DNA of 64,000 nucleotides, taken from NCBI RefSeq assembly GCF_000150275.1, contig NW_002060950.1, positions 1,538,106 through 1,602,105 on the forward strand, written 5' to 3'. The translations under genes were made by a program, and so were the position numbers. This document shows positions 15,786 through 28,746 of this stretch, piece by piece; within the stretch, counting starts at the first letter, position 1; each line of letters opens with the position of its first letter. The notes beneath the pieces are model-generated. The model worked only from the letters and a program-made list of their open reading frames with translations. It was not told the origin of the DNA and searched no databases. The DNA is from Trichoplax adhaerens (Eukaryota > Animalia > Placozoa).

Positions 15786-15823
15786 ATTGCCATAGCAACA
15801 TACTTAGCAACCAACTTAGCAAC
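15786..15823. promoter_or_regulatory. Candidate RFX X-box plus two half sites upstream of CK1-alpha
   Basis: ATTGCCATAGCAAC (one mismatch to GTTGCCATAGCAAC) followed by two CTTAGCAAC half sites. Confidence 0.45.
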
Positions 15824-18261
15824 CAACACTGGTGTCACCGCTGACATTCCATTCAATCATATTCTACGCTTTGACCTAGGCAGTCCATCCTAGACTCGAT
15901 AGGTATAAAATGTCTTAGGTAGAGGTAGAAATATCGGCCAAATAAATTCATCTTATATCTTCAACCCCAGCTTAAGTAACAGTATAAATGAATTATAGAT
16001 CAAGGTACAGTACATGATCCATCACTATCGTAGGCTAGGGATAAAAGAAATAAAAAGAAAGAAATGCACCTAAGCTATCGATGCATTTAACTGTTGCATC
16101 GTTGATTGCACTCGTAATGTTGTATATCTCTGACGAAGATATTAAAGTATATTTAAATTCAGTTTGCTCATACACTATTGTTAGCCTTTCCTTACCTGTC
16201 TGACAGCATAAAGTCTCTGATCTACTATAAAACGGTAGTCGATTACTATTATGTACGTATCGTTCAATTCCCCTCCACTTTTACAAATGAAATGCGCCTA
16301 CTACAGGAAATGTATAATGCACAATTATAAATGATTTACTAACTATAATATACCTAAATACATTCGCACACAATCAGAAATAAGCTGCAGAGTATTACAT
16401 AGCGTTGAAAGAGAAAGAGTTCAAAAATATTAAAATATTAAATCAAAAGAGATAACTCAACGTCATCTATAAATTGTTACACCATCAATATAAATATAGT
16501 CTACATTGAAGTTATACAATGGTTGTTGGCTTCTATAATATCATTTATGTTTATTAATCTAGTGCATCCTAGAATTGACACTATTAAAATGTCGAACATA
16601 TCATTTTCTGCTCAATTTTTCCCTATCTTTCAATTTTCTATCAACTTTTAAAAATGAAGTATTAATAGGTAAATATTTATAAGCTATTCATCGCTATCCA
16701 TAATACCACATACGTTGATTAAAAATACTGTATACTGTACGCTGTAGGATATCCGATGCTGCCAAAAGAGAAACAATCTTATAAAACGACATGAAATGAA
16801 TAAATGAAAAGAAATGGACCATTATTTGTATTGCTTGTTGTGTCTTTGATTACAATTATAGGAATTCGAATTCAGATAATTAAACCCATAATTTCGCTAA
16901 TATTTCATAACTAATGAGCACTTAATGTCAACGAATAATTATAGCACAATTCGATAAATTTTAAAATATAGATTAATAAGATGAAATGGGCTGCCATTAA
17001 ATCACTTATATGTACATGCTATAGTTCCTAGGAAAGGATACTAGTATAACTTAGTAGTGTACGAGTACGTTATTACGTTTTTATCATAAAAAAATTTTAG
17101 TATTCCCATATCTTCAATTACACTCTTGTCAATATCATTACAGAACAAATTTCAATTAATTTATATTTATATTGCAGCTATGTATTGTATAAAATAATGC
17201 TAAAAGTAAGCTAAAGTAACTTTTCTTTAAGCAATTTCTATAGTATGATAAAATAAAAGAATCTAAAACAATACTTGAATGAGCTTACTGTAGCCGCAGA
17301 TACAATGTTATAACATGTTAGCATGAAAGTATGCTACATAGCCTAAAAAGGCGCTGGAAACAATGTTCTTCAATATACGTACAAGGGCTACAACCCTAGT
17401 AGCATGTATCATTTAATACTATTAGCCATTCATAAACACTGTTAGAAAATTGAACTTATATTATATTGATATCTTAGATGATCCAAGCTGACACCAGAGC
17501 TTACGTACAATGGTAGACGCAAAAGTTATCAAGGCCAACCCATTACTTATTTATAAGTACATACGCATATTAACGTGATCAGTAACAATGTTATCTATGC
17601 AATAGTTTATTGATGCACGTAGCAATTTTTAATGTCATAAAGTCTTAAAGAAACATTTGCGCTACAATTAAAAAATTTTCCACTGAAAATTTATCGCATA
17701 AATTAAAATTCAATGAAGCCACCCAATAACTGGATAAATAGTTCAAGAGTATGTATAATCTAGAAAATTTATAACTCATCTGTAATAATTATGATTAATC
17801 AGATGATATATACTGAAGAAATCTGATAGAAGTGGAGAAAATAACAGCTATTTCAATATATAAGTAAATAATATCTGCTGTACTTTCATTTCAATATTAT
17901 CAAACTTATTCTCTATATTAACAAGTAAAGTTTACTGCATACCGTATTTAGCTGTCTATTTAACTAAAAACTATATAAAAATGTTAATCCAGTACTGAGA
18001 AAACATGTTTTAAAAATTGGTATAACTCAATTATTGATGATATAATAACACGGTACTTTCAGTTAAATAATAAAGGACAGTATTCTGATAGTTGTGGTAT
18101 ATTACGTATATTAACTGTAAACAATATTTCCTTTGTCATCAACTATAGTGATACATATAGAACTGCAACATAATCGTCAATATACATGAAATACAGATGC
18201 ATTATCTAAAGTACAAGAAGGACCACACTTTAAATATTAAGCCTCAACTGTTACAGCAGAA

Positions 18262-21200
18262 TCAACTACGTCTTTTTTTAACATCTGAAACAACTTCTCT
18301 TTCATCAACTGACGACAATTTAAACGGAAACTTCACTGTATTGCTTCGATAATTTCTGTATGCTGAACTAGATACGATTTTCCGCTTCCGTGGGCTAGCT
18401 AAAAATTTACTAATTACGCTTTCCAATTCTTTTTGAAGCCGACAAACTTCATGATAATTCACAAAGTAGTCAGGAAACCTAAAGCTAAATTCGTTTTTTA
18501 AGGTTCGCAAGAAATTATCAAAACATAGTTTATCATATAACAAAAATAGCAATTCTAGTTACGTATACAATATATGAATTATGATAATCTGATTCCGATT
18601 ATTAGTTAAATTAATGACTTAAAAATTACCTTAGCCAAAGGTATAAATCAAGAATATCGTATACAGCTTCTAAAGTAAATAATTTTTCTTCATCATCCGG
18701 CATCTTAAATGGATACGGTATCAACTCTTTCAATGATGCATCAGTGATACTTGTACGTTTACCAACATGAGTGGCAAACTGCACAATTTAATTTAAAAAT
18801 AAATACCAAATTTAGCTTAAAAATACCCAAAATGACGCCGTAAAAGCCAACTTTAAAATCATACCTTAAGAACAGCGGACGACATTAATGGGTTACGATG
18901 ATCAATTGGTGCTAAACAGAATATGTATTTCTCCTTTAGGAGTAATCCTTCAACAGTGTCCACAATCGCCGCAACATTCTTCAGAAAATCAAATGTTATA
19001 CAATACGTATTAGAATGGTATGATGCTACCTGATATTGGAATACTAAAAATCGCTAATAAAGCAATCTATATACGAGTATACATCCCATGCTATAATATC
19101 AATTGCAAATTTAGTATCTATCGCTAAAATAGATATTAATCTAAGGGGTACGATAACTTATTTCATTAGCAATCTATCTAATTGCCGAGTAAAATAACTA
19201 CATTAAATCATCAATATCATTAACGTACTTTAAATTCTTCATTTCTGCAGATGAAAAACTTGTCGCCGACTTTAACCAGATTAGAGAATAAATCCTAAAG
19301 AAATATAATAAAATATTCAATTAGTACCTAAAATGAGATCGAGCTATTATTCAGATTCTAATACATGATCTAAAACTATCAAGATATTACTTAATTTCCT
19401 ACCAAAATATCTGTAAATGATGCTTCTGGCAAATAGTAAGAAAACAATTCAACATCACTCCATGTAAGTCCAAGGCCAGCTCGCTAAATATATTATCATG
19501 TGTATTCGTTCATCATATTGGCAGTTAAACAACAAAAAATGGATTTTAAAATACATTTCAAAGATAGACACGACCATACCTGAATTGGTTCAATAGGAGT
19601 ATCTAGTAGTCTTTGTATGATCGGTAAATCGTCCACGAATAGCCTATCAGGGTGATAACGGAGTGTTATTAGGAGAATTAAAGTATTTAGTATTAAAGTA
19701 AAGCGCAATATCAGGCTAGAAAACGTTAACATTAGAACGAACGTCGTAATTTCTCCTATATTAAAATCGGAGCGAAAACGACCAGCTCTGCCCGCTACTT
19801 GTCTAGCATGCGACGGTGTCAAACTCGTAATTTCCAATCCATCGAATTTCATAAGTGAATTAAATATAATTCTTTTAATATTTCTATAATTAAATTAATC
19901 AACAAAGATATTGACTTATTATAATATTAGCAATGTTACAAATACAACGAACAATTTATTATTGCTATAATGGTACTTACAAATTCAATCCCATTCCGAT
20001 TGCATCGGAAGCTACCAACACATTATAATCATTATTTGGATCATTAAACAAGTCTGCCTGATGAGCCCTTGTTACTGAGTGATTGAAAAAAAATTTTGGC
20101 TATAAAGCAAAACATGTAATATCAATACATCATAATTTGCGATTACGAAGCTTACCAGACGGCAAACCTCCATAAATAATTGCGCATTTATGATCGGTTT
20201 TACTCTCTACGCTATATTTTAGCTTAAATAGTTCTTTTCGAGAAAATGCTACAACACAGTCTCCCTTGGTCACGTTACTAAGTTTACCTATAAATATACT
20301 TCAGTTAGGCAGCTAATCATTTACATATTAAACTTAAGGCAATTTGCACTTATAGGAATAAGGTGTAATGCCTATAATAGCTGCTATTTTTAGTTCGTAA
20401 TAACTACAATGTATAATTTAAATACCGTCAAAACTGTTTTTCTGCACCGATAAAGGAACTAAGCGATCATATCTCTGAACCTATGATAAAAGAATTAGAT
20501 ATGTTGCATTGTATTACGTGTTTGCTGCAATGGTCATCATATAAATGACTACAGTAGAGGAGCATACCTCGAACTCATCACCACATGAATCAGCTAATTT
20601 CCTTATAAGGTCTATACCAGATGGATCACCGCAAAGATGAAGCTCAAAGGCACAAAGACCTATAATAAATAGATATATAAATATAAAAGAAAGACACGTA
20701 CCAATAATTCTAATACCATGAATTACGCGAGCTCTCTGAACCTAATAAAGCTCTGGTCCAAGCGAATCCTCTGAGGTCATCCTTGATCATTTGAATCTCA
20801 TCGATAATACCGATGTCGTCTAATGATATTATTTTAGTCAGTATCAGCATTTACGCTTGTATATATCATGTAAATTTGTATTCACTTAAATTAAAGCTTA
20901 GGTAAGTTTAAATAAGTTATTTTCGAAGATAATTTAAATCCGTAAAATTAAGTCAAAATTTAAGCATGTGTAAAATGCTAACAATGTTCATTTATATTTG
21001 CCATTTCAACTGTACAAGAAACATGCTGAGAACTAAATCCATTGGGATCAACGTAAAGACGTTCCTCTCCAGTAATTAGATCGCATTTTACATTCTAGAA
21101 AAACGTATATCAAGTTAACGTCAAGTTAGCGATAAGCATATGAACACAAATCTCAAAACGTTCATACCGCTTCTAGTGATCTTCGATAAATTTCGTGAGC

Positions 21201-22379
21201 AAGTAGTCGTAACGGGCAACAATAAATTGCTTTTTCTGCTTTAAAAAATTTATGCAATGCATGATACGTTTTTCCACTATTCGTCGGACCAGCATGGTAA
21301 ATAATTTTACGCGGAGCGATATTTCTAGCTTCTTGGTACCTTAAATGAGATGATACTTTCATGAATTTATATATATTAATAGAAATGACGATATATTTAT
21401 ATAATTATTTCCCCTTCTTACCAAGATACAGGAGAACGAAAGTTACTATGATATAATAGATCCTTAATACAACCGATTAAAGGGTATTCTTTTTTAGCAT
21501 ATTTTAAAAAATAAGGCCAAAGCGCCATCACCTTATCTAGGAAATAAGTTGCATACAATGCAGAAAGTTAACAAATTACCATTTCTTTTCTAGTAAATAC
21601 CTTAGGCAAGTAGAAAACATATTAAAGTAGTCTAGCAGTATTATTTATATCAGTATTATCGATTTATGAATTAGGAAATACATCATAATTACAACAGTAG
21701 ATACACCATGCTGATTATAATTATAAGGCTGTATATCAAATTAGACAAAGTTACACATAGAATGTTTACCTTCACCATTACGTACGCGGATGAATGTTTC
21801 ATTTAATTCACGATTATTTTTAGAGATAGCTTTACTGCGGAACTTCCGAGCGACTTTAGCAAGCAAATCATCTACCGAAGAAGATGAAATCATAAATGGA
21901 TAACTACCACCTATTTAGCTATTTGGTTTAGCTATTATTCTTCTAATGAATTAATCTAGCGATACAATGTCAAAATAGCTAGATTACATATATGAACGGA
22001 ACGTATGGATTTTACAACCTTCAATTTTATGAACTTTTAATTTATGTTTAAATCCATTATCTTTATACAATTCCTTGAGCAATAATTTAATTGCTGAATC
22101 TACACATAGATAACATAAAAAGACAAATAATGGTCATACTTAAAACATTCATTAAAAATCAATTTTGCAGTTAGGAATACAAGACATGGCTGACATACTA
22201 TTCAATGGTACAGTTGAATTAAGCTTTCTTCCTTGTTTGTTGTCTTTACCATCACCATCGCTGCAATAGCGACGGACTGATGATAGTAAACCATTTACAC
22301 TTGGCGAGAATACAAATTTGCTTCTGTGATAAAGTTGATGTGATAGTTGAATACTTGATACAAGTTGTGATAACCTCAT
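18262..22379 (-). CDS. SUPV3L1: Mitochondrial ATP-dependent RNA helicase SUV3
   Basis: N-terminal Arg/Ser-rich mitochondrial presequence. Motifs [89 protein letters not shown] and QVAGRAGR. Confidence 0.95.
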
Positions 22380-22974
22380 GTTGGCTTATTTGAAGTAAAA
22401 GAAACAGAATTAAGGCTCAGGTTAGTTGAAAAAAATCAATTTTGCAAGCAATTGCCTGACTATTTTACGTATGGTATAGTATACCAACCTCCGCATGTAA
22501 TTTCACTCGATATCCAGAGAAGAAGGAGCTATAAAATGATCCCTATGGAAAAGAAATGAGTATAGTCTATTTCTGCAACTAATACAGTAGCAATATTTGC
22601 ATAGAGTCAATGCAGCTCTAATTTATTTGTAATCGTAACTCGCATTCGCTAGTCAATCGATAGCATCAACATGCAGAAATCGAGCTCAAATCAAAACAGC
22701 TTGATGGATAACAGTTTTAATTGCATTATAGCAATAAAAAAAATGGCAAATGTAATGTTAATATGTTAACATCATTGATTAGATACTATCAGCTGAGCTC
22801 TCACTACTTAAATGGATACGACTGCCATAATATTTTCAACAGCTTTTTTCTTGACTTGTTGGAGATGGATCGTTAATGCAAGCTAAGCCTTCTTGGGGCC
22901 GGTTGCTCAAAATTAGGTAATTGCAGTACACGATGTCTGGACTCTGCAGGTATTTGATCTTTTACCTGAATAAC

Positions 22975-23140
22975 AGTACAGACTGTACAGTACACTGTAC
23001 CGTACAGTGTACAGTACAGTACAGTACAGTGTACAGTACAGTACTGTACAGTACTCGGACCGCCAGGCTCAGACTACTGTACACTGTAGCCACATTGTAC
23101 TGTAGTACTGTACTGTTCAATCTCGTACCCGTACAGTACC
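22975..23140. repeat. TACAG/CTGTA (GTAC-core) self-complementary microsatellite
   Basis: For example GTACAGTGTACAGTACAGTACAGTACAGTGTACAGTACAGTACTGTACAGTAC. Confidence 0.85.
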
Positions 23141-23975
23141 GTATGTGGAAGAGCAGCACGGGTACTTGTACTTGCGTATACGCACAATCGCACATGTACT
23201 GGTCTCATTCGGACAGACAGAGGAACAGAATCTGTTCAATTACTCGTACTGTATGCGGGAGAGCTACACCTGTCGAAGGTTTGGTTCTAGCACGGGTACT
23301 TGTACTGGTCTCATTCAGACAGACAGAGGAACAGAATCTGTTCCATTACTCGTATGTGGAAGAAAAGACCAGCACGGGTACTTGTACTGGTCTCATTCAG
23401 ATATACAGAGTAACAGAATCTATTCAATTACTCGTATAGTCGTACAGTATGTGGAAGAAAAGAGCAGCACGGGTACTTGTACTGGTCTCATTCAGATAGA
23501 CAGAGGAACAGAATCTGTTCAATTACTCGTAATACTCTTATGTGGAAGAAAAGAGCAGCACGGGTACCTGTACTGGTCTCATTCGGTACAGTACTCATGT
23601 TCGTATGCAGACAGACAGAGGAACAGAATCTGTTCAATTACTCGTATAAGTCGTATGTGGAAGAAAAGAGCAGCACTGGTCTCATTCAGATAGACAGACG
23701 AACAGAATCTGTTCAATTACTCGTATGTGGAAGAAAAGAGCAGCACTTGTACTGTACCTCTACAGTACTAGTCTCATTCTGTACAGTGCCATACTGTACT
23801 GTACACTGTACACTGTACAGTACTCAAGTTCGTGTGCGGACAGACAGAAGTGCAGACTTTCACAATAAATCGCTGGTAACCTGTACTGGTCTCATTCGGT
23901 ACAGTGCCATACTGTACACTGTACACTGTACAGTACAGTACTCATGTTCGTTCGCAGACAGACAGAAGAACAGAC
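23140..23975. repeat. ~82-bp tandem repeat (about 6 full plus 2 degenerate units) between divergent SUPV3L1 and RNPC3
   Basis: Unit TATGTGGAAGAAAAGAGCAGCACGGGTACTTGTACTGGTCTCATTCAGAYAGACAGAGGAACAGAATCTGTTCAATTACTCG is read repeatedly. Confidence 0.92.
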
Positions 23976-24289
23976 TTGCGCAATAAATCGCGCAAAAAAG
24001 CTATCACCCTTTTCGAACATTTATTCAGTTAAAGCAACAAAAAAGCCCTCATAACGATGTGAAGAAGGTGACAGCTATTTTACACCGGATGGATTTCTGC
24101 ATCTCTGAAATCCCTCTCCTGGAATATTAAGGCTAAGTTAGTCAGGAGTTGCACTGGAGCTACTAAAGCTGCTGCATCCCCCTCTGTCTTGCTAAAATGT
24201 GCAAATTAAACGGTAATTAGAGAGATCGCGATTCTATTGAAAGCTTTCCTGTCGTCCTAGCTACCAATATTGATTGCATGCTACACATC

Positions 24290-27200
24290 ATGACCAACTG
24301 CGAACTGTTGATACGCTATTTACCATCAATTGCATCTGCAAGTGATATTAAAGAATTGTTATCCAATTTTGGTGCTACACATGTCCATTACTTTGGCCAA
24401 CATGGTAAAATGGTGAGCTAAGCGTGCAATATTTCTAAATGTTAAACTGCACGAGCTGATATCAACTTACCAATAATGCATTTCTACTTTAAACGAGCCG
24501 TAAAACCAGTATTGAACTCTTAGCGATCATGATAGGGATCAATTTCAAGTAGAAGCTTATTCTCTTCATTGATTTGGCAATCGCAATCCTAATCATTGCT
24601 GTAGAATTATTTCATACAAATGATTATAATTATTATTCGCCTTTGACCCCCATTAGAACGATTTAGAAATCCTGTTTATTCTTCCATTTTATAATAAATG
24701 TTTGTCTTTGATATAGAAAAATTGTGCTATTGCCAAATTCGATAACGAAAATACTGCTAAGCAGGTAAAAAAATTCGGGTCGATCTATCTTTCGATGTTA
24801 AATTATGTATCATAGTAATTGTTATTAAATAATTGTTCGATATACACGTACAGTAAATACTAAAATGCTCACCTTTGAAGTAAATGAATCAAAGAAACTT
24901 AAATTGCTAATAGAAAATATAGCCAATGAATTTATTTTATGTGCTTATTTTCGCATACTACGGCATTATCTGTACTGTAAACTAGGCCCTGCAACGACTT
25001 CATCAGTTGCAGATTTTCGACCAAAGATTAGTAGCCGTTTATACTACAGAAAAGGCTAGGAGCAATATAAAATCAAGCAAAGAATCTGTTAGGTAAGTTT
25101 AAATTAATTTTCACAAAACGCTGTACCTTAAGTGGTGTAATGACGAATCATCTTTGTATAATTGCTTGTAGTGATCTCGATAGCGATGATGACAAACACA
25201 GTAATACCAAATCTTCCCGAAATTCAAAGACTCAAGATCTATCCAAATCATTGCCTCCTGTAGCTGCTAATCTAGGGTAAAGTATACATAATTTCTTCAA
25301 CATGGGATACAAAATGATGTTGTTATAATAGCCTACTCGTACCGTACTTTGGCCATAGATTTAAATATGTAAGATTTAATGTAGTATTATAATGTGATAC
25401 CGACTCGTATTGTTGGCTACCGTTTCCTATCAAATGTTCACTAGCGTTATTCGTACTCTTTTTTGGCTAGCCTACAGTATTATAATATAAGCTATCTTAA
25501 CTATAATATTGTGCTTTACAGATTGAACTATCCTTCTCCACCAGACCTACATTACTTATACCCCGAAGCAAACATTATGATATTGACTAACATTGTTAAT
25601 GCTATGCTAGCAGTACCTAAATTCTATACTCAAGTAAGAAACGCCAGTTTGTATAAGCTATAACAATAATAACAATCAGTAACGATATTAGATTTGCTGT
25701 ATTAAATAATCATACATTGCAAAATCAATAGGTTTTACATTTGATGAATAGAATGAATTTGCCTCCACCATTTGCATTTCCAACGCCAACCCCTCCTATG
25801 GTATGTTAAGGATCTTTTTCAAAAATTTTGGTTCTTAAAACATAGATTCATCAATATACCATAATGTAGACCGAACGAGATTTATCTTAGCTGATAACTC
25901 TTAAAAGTTATACTGCTCGTAATTTTAACTCAATAACCTCTAAGCGACATTCTAACACATAATTTTGCTATGCAGAAATCAAAACTAAACCAAGCGGTGG
26001 CTAATCAGAAAGAAAAAAATTCGTTACCAATATCTAGCGAAGAATCGGAAATTGAAAGCGAAGATAACGAAAGGTATTAAAATCATTTTGTATAGCAAAG
26101 AGCATAATTGGAAAAGGAAATATTCTTATTCTAGCAAAGTAATGATAAATCGGCCTGTTATTGTCATGATACTACTATAGTTTAGCAACAAACGTAACCT
26201 CCAGAAAAAGATCACGTACCGGTAGTAAACCTGCAAACTTCAGCAAACAGTTGAAACTACCTAAAATCAATCAAGCAACTGTGCTCCCAGCATCTAATAA
26301 TAAATCTTATGATGAACAATATAAAGGTAAGTACCAGAATTAGATAATGAATTAAAATGGCTTCCAAATAATCAAATGCAAAGTTCTAATCGTTATCTGT
26401 TGTATTATAATGGTAGTATTGTCAACGGTTGACGAAGTTTTTGAAAATTTTGATAAAGAAAAACGTAGTATTACAGAATTTAGCTTGCAAGATGCTATAC
26501 AAAATGCCTACAATAGAAATTTAGGAGAAAAACTTGAGTTGGCGGTAAAGAATACTTTGGTTATCATCTATATTTATTGCCATATTCATTAAATCGCGTA
26601 ATCGTAGTTTCCTGACACTTAGTTAATATTTCTCGTATTGGCCTCATAGGGAACTTTAGCATCAGAAAGTGGTGCAGGCTTTGGAACATTTGCTCCGATC
26701 GTACCCATCACTGAATATACTTCCAATGTCGAAGACGATATGAATGATTCTATACGACTTGAAGACCTAAGAGCTAACCGAATGTCTAAAATAGGTAACA
26801 AATATTTCACTATCCCAAAACATCGGTCTCCTTTGGCTATTCTAATTGTACTGTTAATATTGCACCTTTCAGAACTTCAAAAGTTATCAGTATATCAAAA
26901 TTACGAACGTAAAGAACCCACAGGTCGATTATATATTAAGAATTTGTCTGATAAGGTCAAAGAATCGGTAAGCTCTCTTATCAATCGAATGCGTGCTATG
27001 AAATGACTATAAACTAACCTGTTTTTTCTCAAAACTTCACGTGTATAGGATTTGATATATATTTATAGCCGATTCATCAATAAAGATGACAACAGCCACC
27101 TAGACCGGTAATCAAACGTTAATGTCAGAAATTATTCACTGTTATACTGTACAATTCGCTGGAACCGGGATCAATTCAGTTAAAACTAAAGTATGAAATC

Positions 27201-27465
27201 GTATTTATAGATTTGATGTTAGATTATTGACACGGGGTCGGATGAAGGGCCAAGCGTTTGTAAACCTGCCAGACGAAGTTGTTGCCACAGAAGCTGTCAA
27301 TGAGACCCATGGTTATGTATTACATGGCAAACCGATGATAGTAGTAAGTTCTGCTACATTGCTTACTATAACTCTACATCACTTGTTTCGTGTAACTACA
27401 CTAACTCTTTATGGCTACATATTTTATTGTAGGATTTTGCTCAATCAGCCAAAAAGAAAGATTAA
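24290..27465 (+). CDS. RNPC3: U11/U12 snRNP 65K protein (two RRMs, minor spliceosome)
   Basis: RRM1 LLIRYLP..KELLSNFGA; LNYPSPPDLHYLYPEAN.MILTNIVNAMLAVPKFYTQVLHLMNRMNLPPPF; SSEESEIESED; RRM2 RLYIKNLS..GRMKGQAFVNLP..A..ETHGYVLHGKPMIV-DFA. Stop TAA at 27463-27465. An alternative in-frame ATG lies at 24278. Confidence 0.93.
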
Positions 27466-27832
27466 TCCGTCTTTATCATGGACTCAATGTAAAAAATCGA
27501 TAATTACTGTAAAGTAAAAATCTCACGTAGTATATCATGCATTTGTGTATAAATATAGCTTACTGTGTAAAGTACCGACGACCTTTACATGATTCATTAA
27601 TTTCTTATGTAGTGTAAATAAGAGTCTATCGAAACGGAATGTAAGATCTCCTTCTGTATGTATACAGGACAACATGCATGACTCTACGAGTATACCTAAT
27701 CACAGTTAATTTCATAGTAAAACTTCCATTTCAAAATGATGTTTGATGCTCTTAAGTCTTAATAACGATAATAATTATATGATCATTAAAGCATAAGAAA
27801 TTTTAAAGTTATACTGACAGAATTCGATAGTC

Positions 27833-28645
27833 TTAGATATATTGATAGGTAGAGTTTTTTGGATTAGCTTTAGCAGAAGGTATCATAAGTTGTGATCCAT
27901 AAGGTTTAATCTTAAATTCATTGAAAGATCCTTTTGACATTAGATACCGTTTGACAAATATGATTAACGGGAATATCTGTACATTTGGTAATGTAGTCAC
28001 CTGTTACATAATGCTACATTATAGAAATTTTTAACTTACAGTTAATAATTCGATTATAATAATTATTAATACTATATTCTGTAGTTTACAGGAAATAAGT
28101 TTTAAAATTGTCTATTTTCAATTCAGAATTTCTATTTAGATGGCGATATATCTCCCATCGTACTGATAATAATTATATATGTCAATATGTCACGGTCCAT
28201 GTAAGGGCCCTATAGAATGCCCGACACTCCGGGCAATCTACGAGAAAATCTCCTTTTTTACAATCATATATATCAGGAAATGACATGCAATCAAATTGAT
28301 AACTACATTACTTAAACTTAATACGAATATGGATACCAAAGATTTTACTGCAGAAACTGGCGTTAAAGCATAGGCTGAAATGGTATCAAAATATCATGCA
28401 CTATGTCTGTATAGTAATGTATACTTTGCAAATTGTCGCCCTATAGTAGTTTGTGTAGTATTAGCAATCATATAGTATCTAAGGTAAATAACAATATTTC
28501 AACAAACGAGCAATTAATAGAGATAGGGAAATGCCAGGCTACAGATAGTATGTATACCCACAAATATGAGAAAGCATATAACAATTTCTCCCTCAATGCC
28601 AATGTTTACATCATTATGTCCACTGATTGAATAATAGGCAATCAT
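27833..28645 (-). CDS. Putative 120-aa, 4-exon membrane protein of unknown family
   Basis: Exons 28645-28558, 28374-28312, 28237-28194 and 28000-27833 join in compatible phases via GT-AG introns of 183, 74 and 193 nt into one open frame with about 3 hydrophobic segments. No homology was recognised and the donors are weak. Confidence 0.35.
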
Positions 28646-28746
28646 ATAAAGCAATCATTATTCCAGGCCACTAGAATAATAGGTACACCAGGTACTAAAA
28701 ATTCAATCAATAAAACTGATTGCATGCTACAAAGTAGACGGTACAT

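Noticed and set aside
22894-22920. GGGGCCGGTTGCTCAAAATTAGGTAA as a tRNA 5' end or transposon terminus
   Set aside because: There is no cloverleaf or T-loop downstream and no matching inverted end was found in the window.
23140-23745. CRISPR array interpretation
   Set aside because: The context is eukaryotic with no cas genes. The unit is 82 bp, and the variable parts are short (mostly 0-13 nt) and locally derived rather than unique fixed-length spacers.
22921-23986. Overlapping 170-180-aa ORFs in several frames
   Set aside because: They are by-products of the stop-poor TACAG tracts and the 82-bp repeat. They have no splice structure or recognisable domain.
28382-28398. GTATCAAAATATCATG as a USSE for RNPC3
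   Set aside because: It lacks the CTT/CCT positions needed for U11 pairing.
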